From: a virus
Direction: 5' to 3' (one strand)
IMG/VR virus record: IMGVR_UViG_3300045988_121638
Location: 1 to 37,707 of that record
DNA length: 37,707 nt
Both the position numbers and the translations under genes were made by a program. The notes below the pieces were generated by a model, which was not told where the DNA came from, did not search any database, and saw only the letters and a list, made by a program, of their open reading frames with translations. Below, one piece after another: positions 14,751 through 24,782 of this stretch (positions are counted from its first letter, which is position 1; every line of letters begins with the position of its first letter).

Positions 14751-16736
14751 TTACAAATTTTCAAGTAATTTAGTGATACTTTCGGTTAATCTTAAAGTAG
14801 ATCTCCCACTTTTATCAGTATGTGGATGAACACCGTCTGGACAATAATACTGAAACAAAGATATGTTGTTTTTATTATTTTTTTTTCCTGTATAATTGAT
14901 AACTGTATAGCCAGTGCCATATTTAGAGTTATAATCAGATATATAGTTACTGGTATTAGGTATAAATTCGAGAGTAAATCCATTAAAGTCACACATATTA
15001 AGATAAGGAAAATTAAAATGCTTTGCTATTTTCTCTAATAAAGAACATATTAAATAGCCTTTTTTCCCTCGTATGTCATTTGGGAATTCTGGACTTCCTG
15101 TTTTATTTTCTAAATACGAACATATTATGATTTTTATATTTGGATTAACTCTATAAATTTGATTTATTAAAAAACAAAAAGCCCCAATAAATGTGCTTCT
15201 GTCGTATTCTTCAGGCTCTTTATCGATAGACAAATCTAAAGAGTCGAAACTATTTACTAATTCACCTGATATGGCACCCCTATCATTGTATCCATGGTCA
15301 AATACTACAATATCACAACTGGCAATATTTCCATTTATATAGGGTAATAACAATTTATCATATCCCCAATTCATCATTTTACTATATCTATCTTGAGTTA
15401 TTGTACCATCCGTTCCATCTCCTATGTGCAACTGGTATCTTTTTATTTTTTCTTCTGTACTTTCAGATAAGTCTTTTCCGTCCCTATCATTTCCTAGTAC
15501 ACCTGAGTTTAGGATAATACCGGAAGAACCTAATGCTTTATTATAGCATACATTCCGTAATTTGTTACAAGCATTTTGCGGATAAGGGCAACCTTCAGGA
15601 ATAGAAGTTCCAAGCCATAGTACTTCTTTTTTGGTTATAACAGGAATATCATCTTTAAACGCTATATCTTTGTCGATATATTCTAATTTTGTTAATTGAC
15701 TATCAGTACGTGGATTTGCTTCAGATATTGCTATATAAGAAGTATTTTCAGGAGTTTTTACTTCAAAATTATTAAGAAAATTGGTAGCACATTCTTTATC
15801 TGTTATTCCACTTATTACGTTTTTTTGATTATTAAGAAATGTAATAGAATACCAAAAAGAAGCTGTCCCATTAGCTAACCCTGTATTTGTATTAATTAAA
15901 AAGCTTGTATTAGGCTCTGCTGGATAAATACTATGATATCTAAGTGGTGACGTAACAATAACCCCACTTGTATCATATATACCATGCAATGATTTTTCAT
16001 GTACGGAAACGGGAATGTATTTTTTATCTTTTATTTTATTATCAATGGTATCAATTTTATTATCAATGGTACCAATTTTATTATCAATGGTACCAATTTT
16101 ATTATCAATGGTACCAATTTTATTATCAATGGTACCAATTTTATTATCAATGGTACCAATTTTATTATCAATGGTACCAATTTTATTATCAATGTTATCA
16201 ATTTTGAGAACTAACGGTTGTACTAATTCTACAATATCAGTTTTAGTTATTTTAAATAAACCACCTCCTTTATTAAACTCATTATTTCTTATAGAATATT
16301 TGATAATACAATCGATGTTGATTTTTAGTATTTTTCCATATCCATTATAAGCATCACCACCCTTCTGCAAATAAACTACACTGTCATTTACATAAATTGC
16401 AAAAACTCCATACACATTAGCTAATTTATCCTTTATATTTATATATATTGCATCACCTTTTTTTACTTTAGTAGAGCAAATTTTTATATCTCTAAATTCC
16501 GTGATTTGTCCTGTATCCGATAATATAGAATTTTCCTTAATATTATCCGACAATAAAATCATATCATTTTTTATAAAAGCTTCAGTACTTTCTCCTTGTA
16601 ATGAACTTATTTCACTATTTAACTTGATAAGTTCAAATGAAAGACTCTTACGACTAGTTGGATGTACCACTGCATCAGTGGTTGTAGCAGGATAAATTGT
16701 CTGCCCGCCTTTGGTCAGTTTATGAATTTTAGCCAT
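14751..16736 (-). CDS. tail fibre / receptor-binding protein with a heptad-repeat stalk and a C-terminal SGNH(GDSL)-type esterase-like domain
   Basis: 661 aa. The stalk has repeated IGTIDNK heptads. C-terminal blocks VLWLGTSIPEG (I), ALGSSG (II), FDHGYNDR (III, GxND) and CPDGVHPH (V, DxxH). It is the last gene of the tail module. The DNA is visibly AT-rich. Confidence 0.7.
   Translation of the reverse strand: MAKIHKLTKGGQTIYPATTTDAVVHPTSRKSLSFELIKLNSEISSLQGESTEAFIKNDMILLSDNIKENSILSDTGQITEFRDIKICSTKVKKGDAIYINIKDKLANVYGVFAIYVNDSVVYLQKGGDAYNGYGKILKINIDCIIKYSIRNNEFNKGGGLFKITKTDIVELVQPLVLKIDNIDNKIGTIDNKIGTIDNKIGTIDNKIGTIDNKIGTIDNKIGTIDNKIDTIDNKIKDKKYIPVSVHEKSLHGIYDTSGVIVTSPLRYHSIYPAEPNTSFLINTNTGLANGTASFWYSITFLNNQKNVISGITDKECATNFLNNFEVKTPENTSYIAISEANPRTDSQLTKLEYIDKDIAFKDDIPVITKKEVLWLGTSIPEGCPYPQNACNKLRNVCYNKALGSSGIILNSGVLGNDRDGKDLSESTEEKIKRYQLHIGDGTDGTITQDRYSKMMNWGYDKLLLPYINGNIASCDIVVFDHGYNDRGAISGELVNSFDSLDLSIDKEPEEYDRSTFIGAFCFLINQIYRVNPNIKIIICSYLENKTGSPEFPNDIRGKKGYLICSLLEKIAKHFNFPYLNMCDFNGFTLEFIPNTSNYISDYNSKYGTGYTVINYTGKKNNKNNISLFQYYCPDGVHPHTDKSGRSTLRLTESITKLLENL
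16033..16200. repeat. 21-bp coding tandem repeat, 8 units (6 identical)
   Basis: attttattatcaatggtacca repeated. Units start at 16033, 16054 ... 16180. The first and last units are variants. The array encodes (N/G/D)-x-IDNKI heptads of the fibre stalk. Confidence 0.95.
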
Positions 16737-16782
16737 ATAATTCTTATTTTAATTCGTAAATTTATTCTTTATCGGTTTCCGA

Positions 16783-17298
16783 TTAAAGGAAACCACTCAA
16801 TACATCTTCGTATTCCTTGTCGGAAATTGGAGAGGAAGAAAGCATCTCATTCTGCACATCCTTTACCACAGAGTCCTTTAATTTAGTACGCTGCTCCTCT
16901 GTCATGGATTCCCATGTCATTGGGTCTCCCTTATCGCCCTTCTGATAGTTAGGATAAACGTCAATTGTACCTGTACTGTCGTCAGACTTGCCATTGACAA
17001 GAACGATGCCTGTAAACTCCATGGATACAAGGTTACAGATACCATCAGCAAAATCAGCATCAGTAAGGTAATACTCGCGTCTGACCGTCAGGTTGCCCGG
17101 ACGCATGCCATGATTATCAAAAATAACCAGCAGGCTGCCATCATCCAGCCTGCGACAGTTCTTGTAGTCGTGTCTGTCGAAAGAGGCTACAACGGGTTCC
17201 GACAATACTGTCTGATAAGTAAACCGGAAAGGAGTTTTCAGGTCTCCATTCAGATTTTTCTCTATGATTTTAAAATCGGACTGATAATTGATTCTCAT
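16783..17298 (-). CDS. tail-fibre-associated protein, unknown function
   Basis: 171 aa, located between two fibre genes. No family recognised. Confidence 0.5.
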   Translation of the reverse strand: MRINYQSDFKIIEKNLNGDLKTPFRFTYQTVLSEPVVASFDRHDYKNCRRLDDGSLLVIFDNHGMRPGNLTVRREYYLTDADFADGICNLVSMEFTGIVLVNGKSDDSTGTIDVYPNYQKGDKGDPMTWESMTEEQRTKLKDSVVKDVQNEMLSSSPISDKEYEDVLSGFL

Positions 17299-17300
17299 AA

Positions 17301-17639
17301 CTATAATATTAATGTCACATCGTCAATTTCCTCGGCTGTTAAGTATTCCGACAGGTCTATACTTCCACCTCCTCCTGTCGTACCTGTGGCATTCCATGTG
17401 CCTTTGGTTTTGCATTGATAGATTGGTCCCGGTATGGTATTACCTACTACAGCCCAATCACCTACAACCGGGGATGGTATAGCAGCCTTCAACGCCTCGA
17501 TAGTAGGATATAGCCCCTTGCTGCGGGTGCTGCTTAATTTTATTTTTTCGACTTCAGTGGAAGTCTTGCTAAAATTACTGTTGATTCGGCCGGCAGCTTC
17601 AGACCAGGTACCTGTTTTAATGACTGTATTGAGTTCCAT
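17301..17639 (-). CDS. small tail-fibre-like protein
   Basis: 112 aa. TGTWSEAAGRINSNF...KGLYPTIEALKAAIPSPVVGDWAVVGNTIPGPIYQC resembles N-terminal regions of Bacteroidales phage fibre proteins. It abuts the baseplate gene. Confidence 0.45.
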   Translation of the reverse strand: MELNTVIKTGTWSEAAGRINSNFSKTSTEVEKIKLSSTRSKGLYPTIEALKAAIPSPVVGDWAVVGNTIPGPIYQCKTKGTWNATGTTGGGGSIDLSEYLTAEEIDDVTLIL

Positions 17640-17640
17640 A

Positions 17641-19980
17641 TTATTTCTTCACCTTTAAAATCCCATTAGTTATAATACCTTCCACCGTCTCATAATCCAC
17701 ATAGACCTGTCCGGTACCGACATCATCCTTACCTGGCCAATGACTGCAACTTATATCCGCCACATACTTAGACACGCTTACCCCATTATATACCGATTTC
17801 ATCCCGACCATTAATGTTTCACCTTTAGATCCGTAAAACGAGACGTTGTTGGGATTTAACAGGATATCCGTTTTTTCAACATGATTCTGTATTCTGATAC
17901 GCTCCGGATATACAGTCGTTTCGAGTGCCAGTTGATCATTGACGTACTTCCGCAAGATGAGATCGCCATATTCCCATTCGTCCGATGATTTGTCAAACCT
18001 TAAGATCAAGGTGGCGCGTCCTTCTGCCGTGTACATTTCCAGCGTATTCTTTTCCGGGTCAATGACAATTCGCTTCCCATCTACAGAGGTCTCAACCCTT
18101 CCACGGAAAAATCCTCCCATTGCTTCAATGATGCCGCGAAACTTCCCGCCTAATGCATAGATATATCCTTTTAAAAACGTATCACCGCCATGAGTGGCAA
18201 CGAAATTCGCCATGTTCGCCCACTCCGCATCAGTAGGCTGGTAATTGGGGTCATCACGAAACCTCATTACGGTCAATATAGCCTGTTGAAGCGTGCCACC
18301 TGCCCAAAACGCCACATCATCATCATCATTGTATATGCCGCTCATTCCGGCAGTAACCTTCTGCATCTTGCCATCCTTGTAATTACCCAATTGGATCATG
18401 TTGGCTAAAATCAGACCACCAAGGATATCCACAGATCCATCTTTAATCGCGTCGGCAATATAATTAATCGCCTGAAAACCTGCCATGGACTTATCATTAT
18501 CCAGGATGGATGGCTTCCAATCGGTCGCGATAGTTCCTCTTTCTAGCTGAAGTTCACAAACGGTTGCGGTACCACTGAGCATGAAAATACCTGCACCGTT
18601 AAAGTTGAATTTAAATGTGAACCTCTGATAACCGGACGTAAGAGGCTGAGTTGTGCTGAAATCGCCACACGAAACAGCCACTGATGTACCTTTTGCTTTA
18701 AATGATATAACATAACTTTCTCCTTTAATTAAGGCCACCGATTGTGACAGACTGCCGATTGCGGCGGAATACCCGGAACCGGCATCATTATCGGCGGATA
18801 CGGTAGCTACACCTGTCCAATACTTTAATTGCTTGCTATACAATTCCTTGTTAGGCGTAAGCTCATCGGAAGAAAACAGTTGCTCGCTCTCATAGTCACC
18901 GGTGAATCCGCTATTCCGTAACAGGTTTACCGACCCTAGATGCACGGCATTATATATCTCATCGGGAAGGTCGGTCAGATTGGCGGAACCGGTGGAGCCC
19001 GGTTGTAAATTCATGCGCCCGGTTAAGAGGTTATCTCCAGGCTTAATCCTTGTATACTCTTCCGGCAAGACAAAACTGTTAATGCCTACATATTGCTTGA
19101 TATACGGTGAGCCTTCACCGGCACCTGCCAATATCTGCGCGTTCTGCCTGTTCGGATCATCCGTACCTTGGTAACCTAACTGCACAATATCATCACCGAC
19201 CAAAGGAGCATCACTTTCAGCGGCACATATATCCTTAGACAAGTCGATATAATCCGTACCTACAGCAACCACCAATCGCCATAAGAAGTGATTACCAAGC
19301 GTCCCGTCCGATTGTTTTTGAAGGTTAAACGTCTCAACCAAAGCCTGGTCCTTTACCTTAAACTGATTGTATATGATCCTTCCTTCCGCATCCTTAGTCC
19401 GCATGTAGCATCGCCAGTAATCTCCCAGATCTTCCACTTTGATACAGGACATTCCGGCAGCGGTCTCCATCAGTTTACCACCGATATGGGTGGTTTCCTG
19501 CACTTCTATTTCTTCAGCTGTCAGCTTCCTGCGGAAATGGGCATAATCAAGCTCCAAATGCCATGCACCCTGCTCATCCTGCCATAACCCCGCTCCTGTA
19601 GATCCTTGCTGAAAATTTCCTCCGTACCACCCCTTTAAAAAAGTTATGAACTCACCGGCAGTGTCGGGCTTGTCCTTCCTGATGAAATGATCAAGTATAA
19701 ACAGTCCTGTAAGGATGTCATCGTCTGTAATATCCTCATCTTCCGCCTCTGTTCCCAGGATACGTTTTAAATCATGCCCGTTAATCTTAATTCCCTTGAG
19801 GAAATTAATCACCCCCTTCGCTTCATCATCTGATACGGAAGACAGAAACCAATCGGACAATTCTTCTATATCACTGCTACCTCCGCCTGAAGTAACCGTA
19901 ACCGTCCTTGACGCGCACTTTCCGTCACGTTCTCTCGGAACGATTCTGTTTGTTATTCTTATTTCTGACTTAATTCCCAT
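17641..19980 (-). CDS. large tail tip / baseplate protein (Tal-like by position)
   Basis: 779 aa, second ORF after the tape measure gene, overlapping its neighbour by 11 nt. Confidence 0.55.
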   Translation of the reverse strand: MGIKSEIRITNRIVPRERDGKCASRTVTVTSGGGSSDIEELSDWFLSSVSDDEAKGVINFLKGIKINGHDLKRILGTEAEDEDITDDDILTGLFILDHFIRKDKPDTAGEFITFLKGWYGGNFQQGSTGAGLWQDEQGAWHLELDYAHFRRKLTAEEIEVQETTHIGGKLMETAAGMSCIKVEDLGDYWRCYMRTKDAEGRIIYNQFKVKDQALVETFNLQKQSDGTLGNHFLWRLVVAVGTDYIDLSKDICAAESDAPLVGDDIVQLGYQGTDDPNRQNAQILAGAGEGSPYIKQYVGINSFVLPEEYTRIKPGDNLLTGRMNLQPGSTGSANLTDLPDEIYNAVHLGSVNLLRNSGFTGDYESEQLFSSDELTPNKELYSKQLKYWTGVATVSADNDAGSGYSAAIGSLSQSVALIKGESYVISFKAKGTSVAVSCGDFSTTQPLTSGYQRFTFKFNFNGAGIFMLSGTATVCELQLERGTIATDWKPSILDNDKSMAGFQAINYIADAIKDGSVDILGGLILANMIQLGNYKDGKMQKVTAGMSGIYNDDDDVAFWAGGTLQQAILTVMRFRDDPNYQPTDAEWANMANFVATHGGDTFLKGYIYALGGKFRGIIEAMGGFFRGRVETSVDGKRIVIDPEKNTLEMYTAEGRATLILRFDKSSDEWEYGDLILRKYVNDQLALETTVYPERIRIQNHVEKTDILLNPNNVSFYGSKGETLMVGMKSVYNGVSVSKYVADISCSHWPGKDDVGTGQVYVDYETVEGIITNGILKVKK

Positions 19981-21979
19981 TTTCTACCATCGCTAATTGA
20001 ATATTATTCCGCTCATAGTCCCATACACCGCTTAGCAGCATGAATTTCTTATTAACCGCTGATTTGTCATACAACCGGGTAAACGGATGGATAGAACCAT
20101 CGTTTTTTATCACCTGCGTTAACTTGATTTGGGTTGCCTTATAACGGTTAATCACCCGTCTGATAAAGGCTTCTTCCGGTCTGACAAGTTTATCCTCGAT
20201 GGCGGAATACAGGTTATCCGTCAAGAAGTCATTTCCCAACAGTGCCTTGCTATAGGAAACCCCGTCCGCATTATAAGAGCTTATGCCGAACTCAACTTCG
20301 TCAAGTTCGGACATGAACTTATCATTGACCACATTCTCATACAAGCGGTCACCGTCTTCGCCTTCATCAATGATCCCGTCTCTCTTCTTATAGCCAAATC
20401 GGAAGTCCTTTAAAATGGCACCGTATGTGACAAAACCGACCTCCTGAGCGACCCTCTGCCTGCGACAGTACATCGTGAATTCCAATTCTCCGATAATCGG
20501 TACGTCCGATGGAAGAGTGATGATGTGTCCGGACAGTCCGCTATATGGCATATCGGGCGTTTTCGTGCTCTTCACATTCGCCCAGTTCTTAATATTGTCT
20601 GTCTCGAAAACGATTTCAAACCGGACGAATGAGGATTGCCATCCACTGCCGTTCCAATACTTATCCCCGATCTTAAGGGAGCATGCGTAAGGAATATTGG
20701 CAGAGATATTCATATCACCGTCATAGATATAGTTCATGCGGCTGTCGGAGGGGAAGCGCATGCTTCCCGATATACCGATGGCACCGTCCTTCCAGACCGC
20801 ATTAGGACCCCTCATCGTAAAGGCAGGCAGGGTTTCCTTCTGGTATTCGTCAAAAACCATCACACCATCTACCGTAGCAGACCGCATCTGAATGCTGTCA
20901 GCCCAATTATAATCCCCCGGCGGGTCTCCGCCACCGGTGAACAACGCTTCCTTCATCAGGACAGCCCCGAATATGTTATCGTTAATATTAGTACTCAGTA
21001 TGGTTTCGTGGCGGTTCTGATCGTAGTAATACATTTTCCATTCCTTCGGTTTCAGAAACCTCTTGATGTCATACTTATCCTTATCGCTGTAACTCGAGCC
21101 GCCCGCCCATTCCAGGTTGTCGTAATCCTCATTAACCACCAAGTCTTCAAACACATTGTTGACAGCTTTGACCGTAACCTTGTTATAGCCCGGCAAAACG
21201 TCAATGGTGTTGTCGCTGCCGGCGAAGCCGATATCCTGCAATGTGGCATCATTCACCGAGACCATTGTATAAGATGTCAATGCCTCATTATACTTGCGAT
21301 ACTGACCGGTATAGTCCGCATCGATGATATACAGGCTGCCTTCGTAATCATACAGCGTCCATGAAAAGAACTGCATGAGGTAGGTCAATACTTCATCCAG
21401 CATCAATTCGTCTGAGGTGAAGTTCTCTTCCGCGAATCTGAGTTTATCCAATACGTTCTCGCCCGAAGAGTAAGCAGCGGAGGAAGACGCATACACATAA
21501 GGGATATATACGGACTCATAGCCACCATGGGCGGAAGATATAAGGTATCTTAGCAACTCCATTGCGGTGATGAACCCCGATTCTGTCTGCTGCTCATACT
21601 TAATGTTTTCAAGTGTGGCTATGGCACTAACGCAGTCAACGCTTATGTTGTCAATGGTTGGCAGATAGGGTTGTGTAAACTGTTCCGGAGTGATATATCC
21701 TGTCCATGTCAACACGCCATTCTTATATAACTTTACCGGAGCATACTGACTATTAACGCTAAACAGATCCAGTAACAAATTCTTGTCAAGAATATTAATA
21801 GTAGCGGTTGACGTGCGGACAGGTTGGTAAATAAAACCTTCATCATCCCCCGTCACGACAAAAGCAGATGGCGCACCACGCAACTCTGATACAGTGCCGG
21901 AATATCCATCTATATATATTCTTACCTCATAAGAATTGTTGCGATAATCTTTAAAATGTATTGTGTATCTCTGTCCCAT
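19970..21979 (-). CDS. distal tail protein-like component (by position)
   Basis: 669 aa, starting 2 nt after the end of the tape measure gene. Confidence 0.5.
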   Translation of the reverse strand: MGQRYTIHFKDYRNNSYEVRIYIDGYSGTVSELRGAPSAFVVTGDDEGFIYQPVRTSTATINILDKNLLLDLFSVNSQYAPVKLYKNGVLTWTGYITPEQFTQPYLPTIDNISVDCVSAIATLENIKYEQQTESGFITAMELLRYLISSAHGGYESVYIPYVYASSSAAYSSGENVLDKLRFAEENFTSDELMLDEVLTYLMQFFSWTLYDYEGSLYIIDADYTGQYRKYNEALTSYTMVSVNDATLQDIGFAGSDNTIDVLPGYNKVTVKAVNNVFEDLVVNEDYDNLEWAGGSSYSDKDKYDIKRFLKPKEWKMYYYDQNRHETILSTNINDNIFGAVLMKEALFTGGGDPPGDYNWADSIQMRSATVDGVMVFDEYQKETLPAFTMRGPNAVWKDGAIGISGSMRFPSDSRMNYIYDGDMNISANIPYACSLKIGDKYWNGSGWQSSFVRFEIVFETDNIKNWANVKSTKTPDMPYSGLSGHIITLPSDVPIIGELEFTMYCRRQRVAQEVGFVTYGAILKDFRFGYKKRDGIIDEGEDGDRLYENVVNDKFMSELDEVEFGISSYNADGVSYSKALLGNDFLTDNLYSAIEDKLVRPEEAFIRRVINRYKATQIKLTQVIKNDGSIHPFTRLYDKSAVNKKFMLLSGVWDYERNNIQLAMVENGN

Positions 21980-21980
21980 A

Positions 21981-24167
21981 TTACCATCTTATGTTTTCTG
22001 ATTTCATGTAATTCCGAATAGCTATATACATAGCCTTCCCTCGCACCTTGATCTCTCCATCTACCTTTACATTTTCACCCAAATTACCGCTGTTAATCAT
22101 TTGGAACAATCTCCCTTGCTGAGATTGATTCAGTATCATCTCTCCACTGTTAACACGCGCAATCATCTTGTCTCCAAAGAAAGAGGAGCCTCCAATAATG
22201 CCACCATCCGCGAATTTGGGAAGCGAACTAAAAATCCCGGCAATTGTACTAACTACCGTAGCTATTGCTGCCAAATTAGCCGGAAAAGGTAATGCAGCTG
22301 CATTTGCCACACCGTTGGCCACAGCCAACGAATTCAAAGAAATAATCATCTGCGCTATAGATGAAAAGGTTTCGGTAATAAAACCAACTGTCTGATTGCC
22401 TGATGCCTGAGCTATAGAGTTAACACCTTCCATCGCATATCCTATTCCCTGGATGGTTTTAGTATATTCTTCCGCTTTTTTTATCTGAGCGTCCTTTAAA
22501 GGGTCCTGTATTTCGTCTACAATATCTATCTTGTCCAAATCAACCTCGATGGGTACGATTTTTATCTTCTCTCCTGATTCTATCTTCTTCCGTAAGGCAT
22601 TGTGCAAGCCTTTGGCCTCTTCATTCGCCCAGTTCTCCGCGTTGAATGAAGCCAATTGTAACTCAGTCGGTTTTTCCTTTTGCTTCGCACCTGTAGCCGT
22701 TTCTTTATTTAGCGACTTCTGAACATTGTTAACCCCTTCTAATTTCTGTCTCTCTTTTTCAATATAATCCAAAATTTCATCGCGTATCTGCTTTTCATTC
22801 CTAGCTAACATATATACCTCTTTTGACTGCTCGTATGCCTGTTTATCCCGACTATCCCCCGTCTCATCATACATCGACATAGCTTCTTCATAGGCTTGTT
22901 TTTTTTCTTCTAACGATTCTGCCCTCTTATACAGATTCTTAACCAAACTTTCTTCCCAATCCAACGCATCCTTTCTACTCATTCCCCCTTTCTCCAATTC
23001 GTTTATATCATCAATCGCATTTTGCACTTTTTCAATTCTAAATGCTTTTTGCCCACTCTTATAGCTTTCCTCATCCAATGCTTGCAACGAGGAAAACGCA
23101 GCTCGCGCACCTTCTACTATTTTTGTCAGATAATCTACCACTGTTTTCAAGGTACCTGAAGAATCATTCATCGTTAGGATAAAGCCTTCCCATGTTGACT
23201 GCAATGCTGCAACAGATCCCGCTAGATTGTCATTATTTATCCTTTGTTGCTCTAGCGCAGTATTGGTATCTGTTATCCCACTTGCCAGCTCAATGAACTT
23301 ATCTTTTTCCGAGACCAAAGCCAATGCTGCGGTTACACTCTCCTTACCAAACATCTTCGTCAATTCAGTAGCATCCAACTGTTTAGCAGAAAGATTGTCC
23401 AAAGCATTAGATAACCCGACTACCGAAGGCCGTAAGTTCATCTCTGTACTACTTTCCAATGTCAGGAATATATTCCTTAAATTAGTCCCCGCACTTCCTG
23501 CATCTGTTATTTTGGGAGCAATCGCTTCGATTGCTGCTACCAGCTCGTTGAATTGTATTCCCACGGAAGATGCGGCACCTCCTGCATTTTCTATTGCTCT
23601 GTTTAAGTAAGGTATATCAGCGGAGCCCTGTTGCGAAGCAGCAGCCAATATATTGATATATTCAGAGGCCTGGCTAGAAGACGCCCCCATCTGATTTAAT
23701 GCTCCCGTTAACGCCTTGGCAGCATCAGGCACGTCTATCTCAGCAGCCTCAGCCAGCACAATAGCACTTTCTGTTACAGAAGATAATGCTTCCTTATTCT
23801 TCAGCAGTTCCGGCATCTGAGAGCCTATCAATTTAAACGCGTCCACTACTTGAGACGCTGTTTGTGTAGTCGAACTGCCCAACCGAATAGCCTCATCTTT
23901 AAAAAACGTAAGTTCTTGTGCTGTTACTCCTGTTAATGAGCGCAATGATGATAACGATTTTTCAAACTCCATTGACGCCTTGACAGCATCCCCAATTGCA
24001 ACCGATATCCCGGCAAAAGCAGCAAATCCACTCAATGCGGACCCTATCTTCCCAGCCATAGCAGTTATACCTTTTTCAAAGGTCCCTATCTCTCCTTTTG
24101 CTTTTTTTATATTCTTGTCAAAATCGGAGATATTTAGTAACAACCTTACAATCGCATCACTTGCCAT
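21981..24167 (-). CDS. tail tape measure protein
   Basis: 728 aa, Ala/Ser/Gly-rich helical protein. N-terminal core ...LRSLTGVTAQELTFFKDEAIRLGSSTTQTASQVVDAFKLIGSQ is typical of TP901-type tape measure proteins. Hydrophobic glycine-zipper segment near the C-terminus. It follows the chaperone pair. Confidence 0.85.
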   Translation of the reverse strand: MASDAIVRLLLNISDFDKNIKKAKGEIGTFEKGITAMAGKIGSALSGFAAFAGISVAIGDAVKASMEFEKSLSSLRSLTGVTAQELTFFKDEAIRLGSSTTQTASQVVDAFKLIGSQMPELLKNKEALSSVTESAIVLAEAAEIDVPDAAKALTGALNQMGASSSQASEYINILAAASQQGSADIPYLNRAIENAGGAASSVGIQFNELVAAIEAIAPKITDAGSAGTNLRNIFLTLESSTEMNLRPSVVGLSNALDNLSAKQLDATELTKMFGKESVTAALALVSEKDKFIELASGITDTNTALEQQRINNDNLAGSVAALQSTWEGFILTMNDSSGTLKTVVDYLTKIVEGARAAFSSLQALDEESYKSGQKAFRIEKVQNAIDDINELEKGGMSRKDALDWEESLVKNLYKRAESLEEKKQAYEEAMSMYDETGDSRDKQAYEQSKEVYMLARNEKQIRDEILDYIEKERQKLEGVNNVQKSLNKETATGAKQKEKPTELQLASFNAENWANEEAKGLHNALRKKIESGEKIKIVPIEVDLDKIDIVDEIQDPLKDAQIKKAEEYTKTIQGIGYAMEGVNSIAQASGNQTVGFITETFSSIAQMIISLNSLAVANGVANAAALPFPANLAAIATVVSTIAGIFSSLPKFADGGIIGGSSFFGDKMIARVNSGEMILNQSQQGRLFQMINSGNLGENVKVDGEIKVRGKAMYIAIRNYMKSENIRW

Positions 24168-24494
24168 ATTCCATAGTTTTTGCTCTTTCCCTTAATTCAT
24201 TCAATTCACTCTCATTAATTTCTTCCGGCTCTTCTTCTATATCCCATGGGAATGGAAGAAGAGTTTTAGGTGTAAGGTGATCTCTCGAGTTCACCTGCAC
24301 AACAGCGTACATCAACATTCTCGTTCGCTCCCACGCTTCTTGCTCCCTCCGAAACATACCTCTTATGAATACCGCGCACTCATTCAAGGTCATATTGTCA
24401 AAAAAGTATTCAGGGGATACCCCACCTCTTCCGACTACTTCTTCATAAAGCCTTATAATACTTACCCCTGTTTCTTCCTCTTTACTTTTTTTTT
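24157..24494 (-). CDS. -1 frameshift extension of the tail assembly chaperone (GT-like product, fused to 24495..24782)
   Basis: The -1 frame is open from the A-run (..KKSKEEETGVSIIRLYEEVVGRGGVSPEYFFDNMTLNECAVF...) through track ORF 24157..24393 to a stop overlapping the tape measure start. Confidence 0.65.
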
Positions 24495-24782
24495 ATCCGG
24501 CTTATATTCAGCCATCCTTCTCACGCGCTCGTTTTCTTCTTCTAATACAGAAACGAACTCTTGAAAAATGGAAGGATCGCTATCACATGCATCAATTATA
24601 TCTTCAAAATTTAAAGAAAAACCCTTATTATTAGCGATTAGCATTGTAAAGAGTAGAATATAGCTGTTTATAGCTTTATCACCAGAATACGGCTCTCCCT
24701 TCAGCTCTTCGTAGATGAATAAAGCGCGTAGAGTATATCTTAAGTTATACTCTACACCTTTGATAGTCACTGTTCTCATCAT
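24462..24782 (-). CDS. tail assembly chaperone (G-like)
   Basis: 106 aa between the major tail protein and tape measure genes. It ends just after an A9 slippery run. Confidence 0.7.
   Translation of the reverse strand: MMRTVTIKGVEYNLRYTLRALFIYEELKGEPYSGDKAINSYILLFTMLIANNKGFSLNFEDIIDACDSDPSIFQEFVSVLEEENERVRRMAEYKPDKKKVKRKKQG
24486..24494 (-). promoter_or_regulatory. slippery sequence for the programmed -1 ribosomal frameshift (GAT AAA AAA AAA GTA)
   Basis: T9 on the plus strand (A9 in the mRNA) in the zero-frame phase A-AAA-AAA, 24 nt before the chaperone stop. The position and both open frames match the conserved G/GT arrangement of long-tailed phages. Confidence 0.65.

Noticed and set aside
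15968-16350. Plus-strand ORFs with YQWYQF / INGTNF / LLSMVPI repeats
   Set aside because: They are antisense or out-of-frame readings of the 21-bp fibre repeat.
16783-17298. Collagen-like motif KGDKGDP
   Set aside because: There are only two G-x-y-like triplets, too short to call a collagen repeat.
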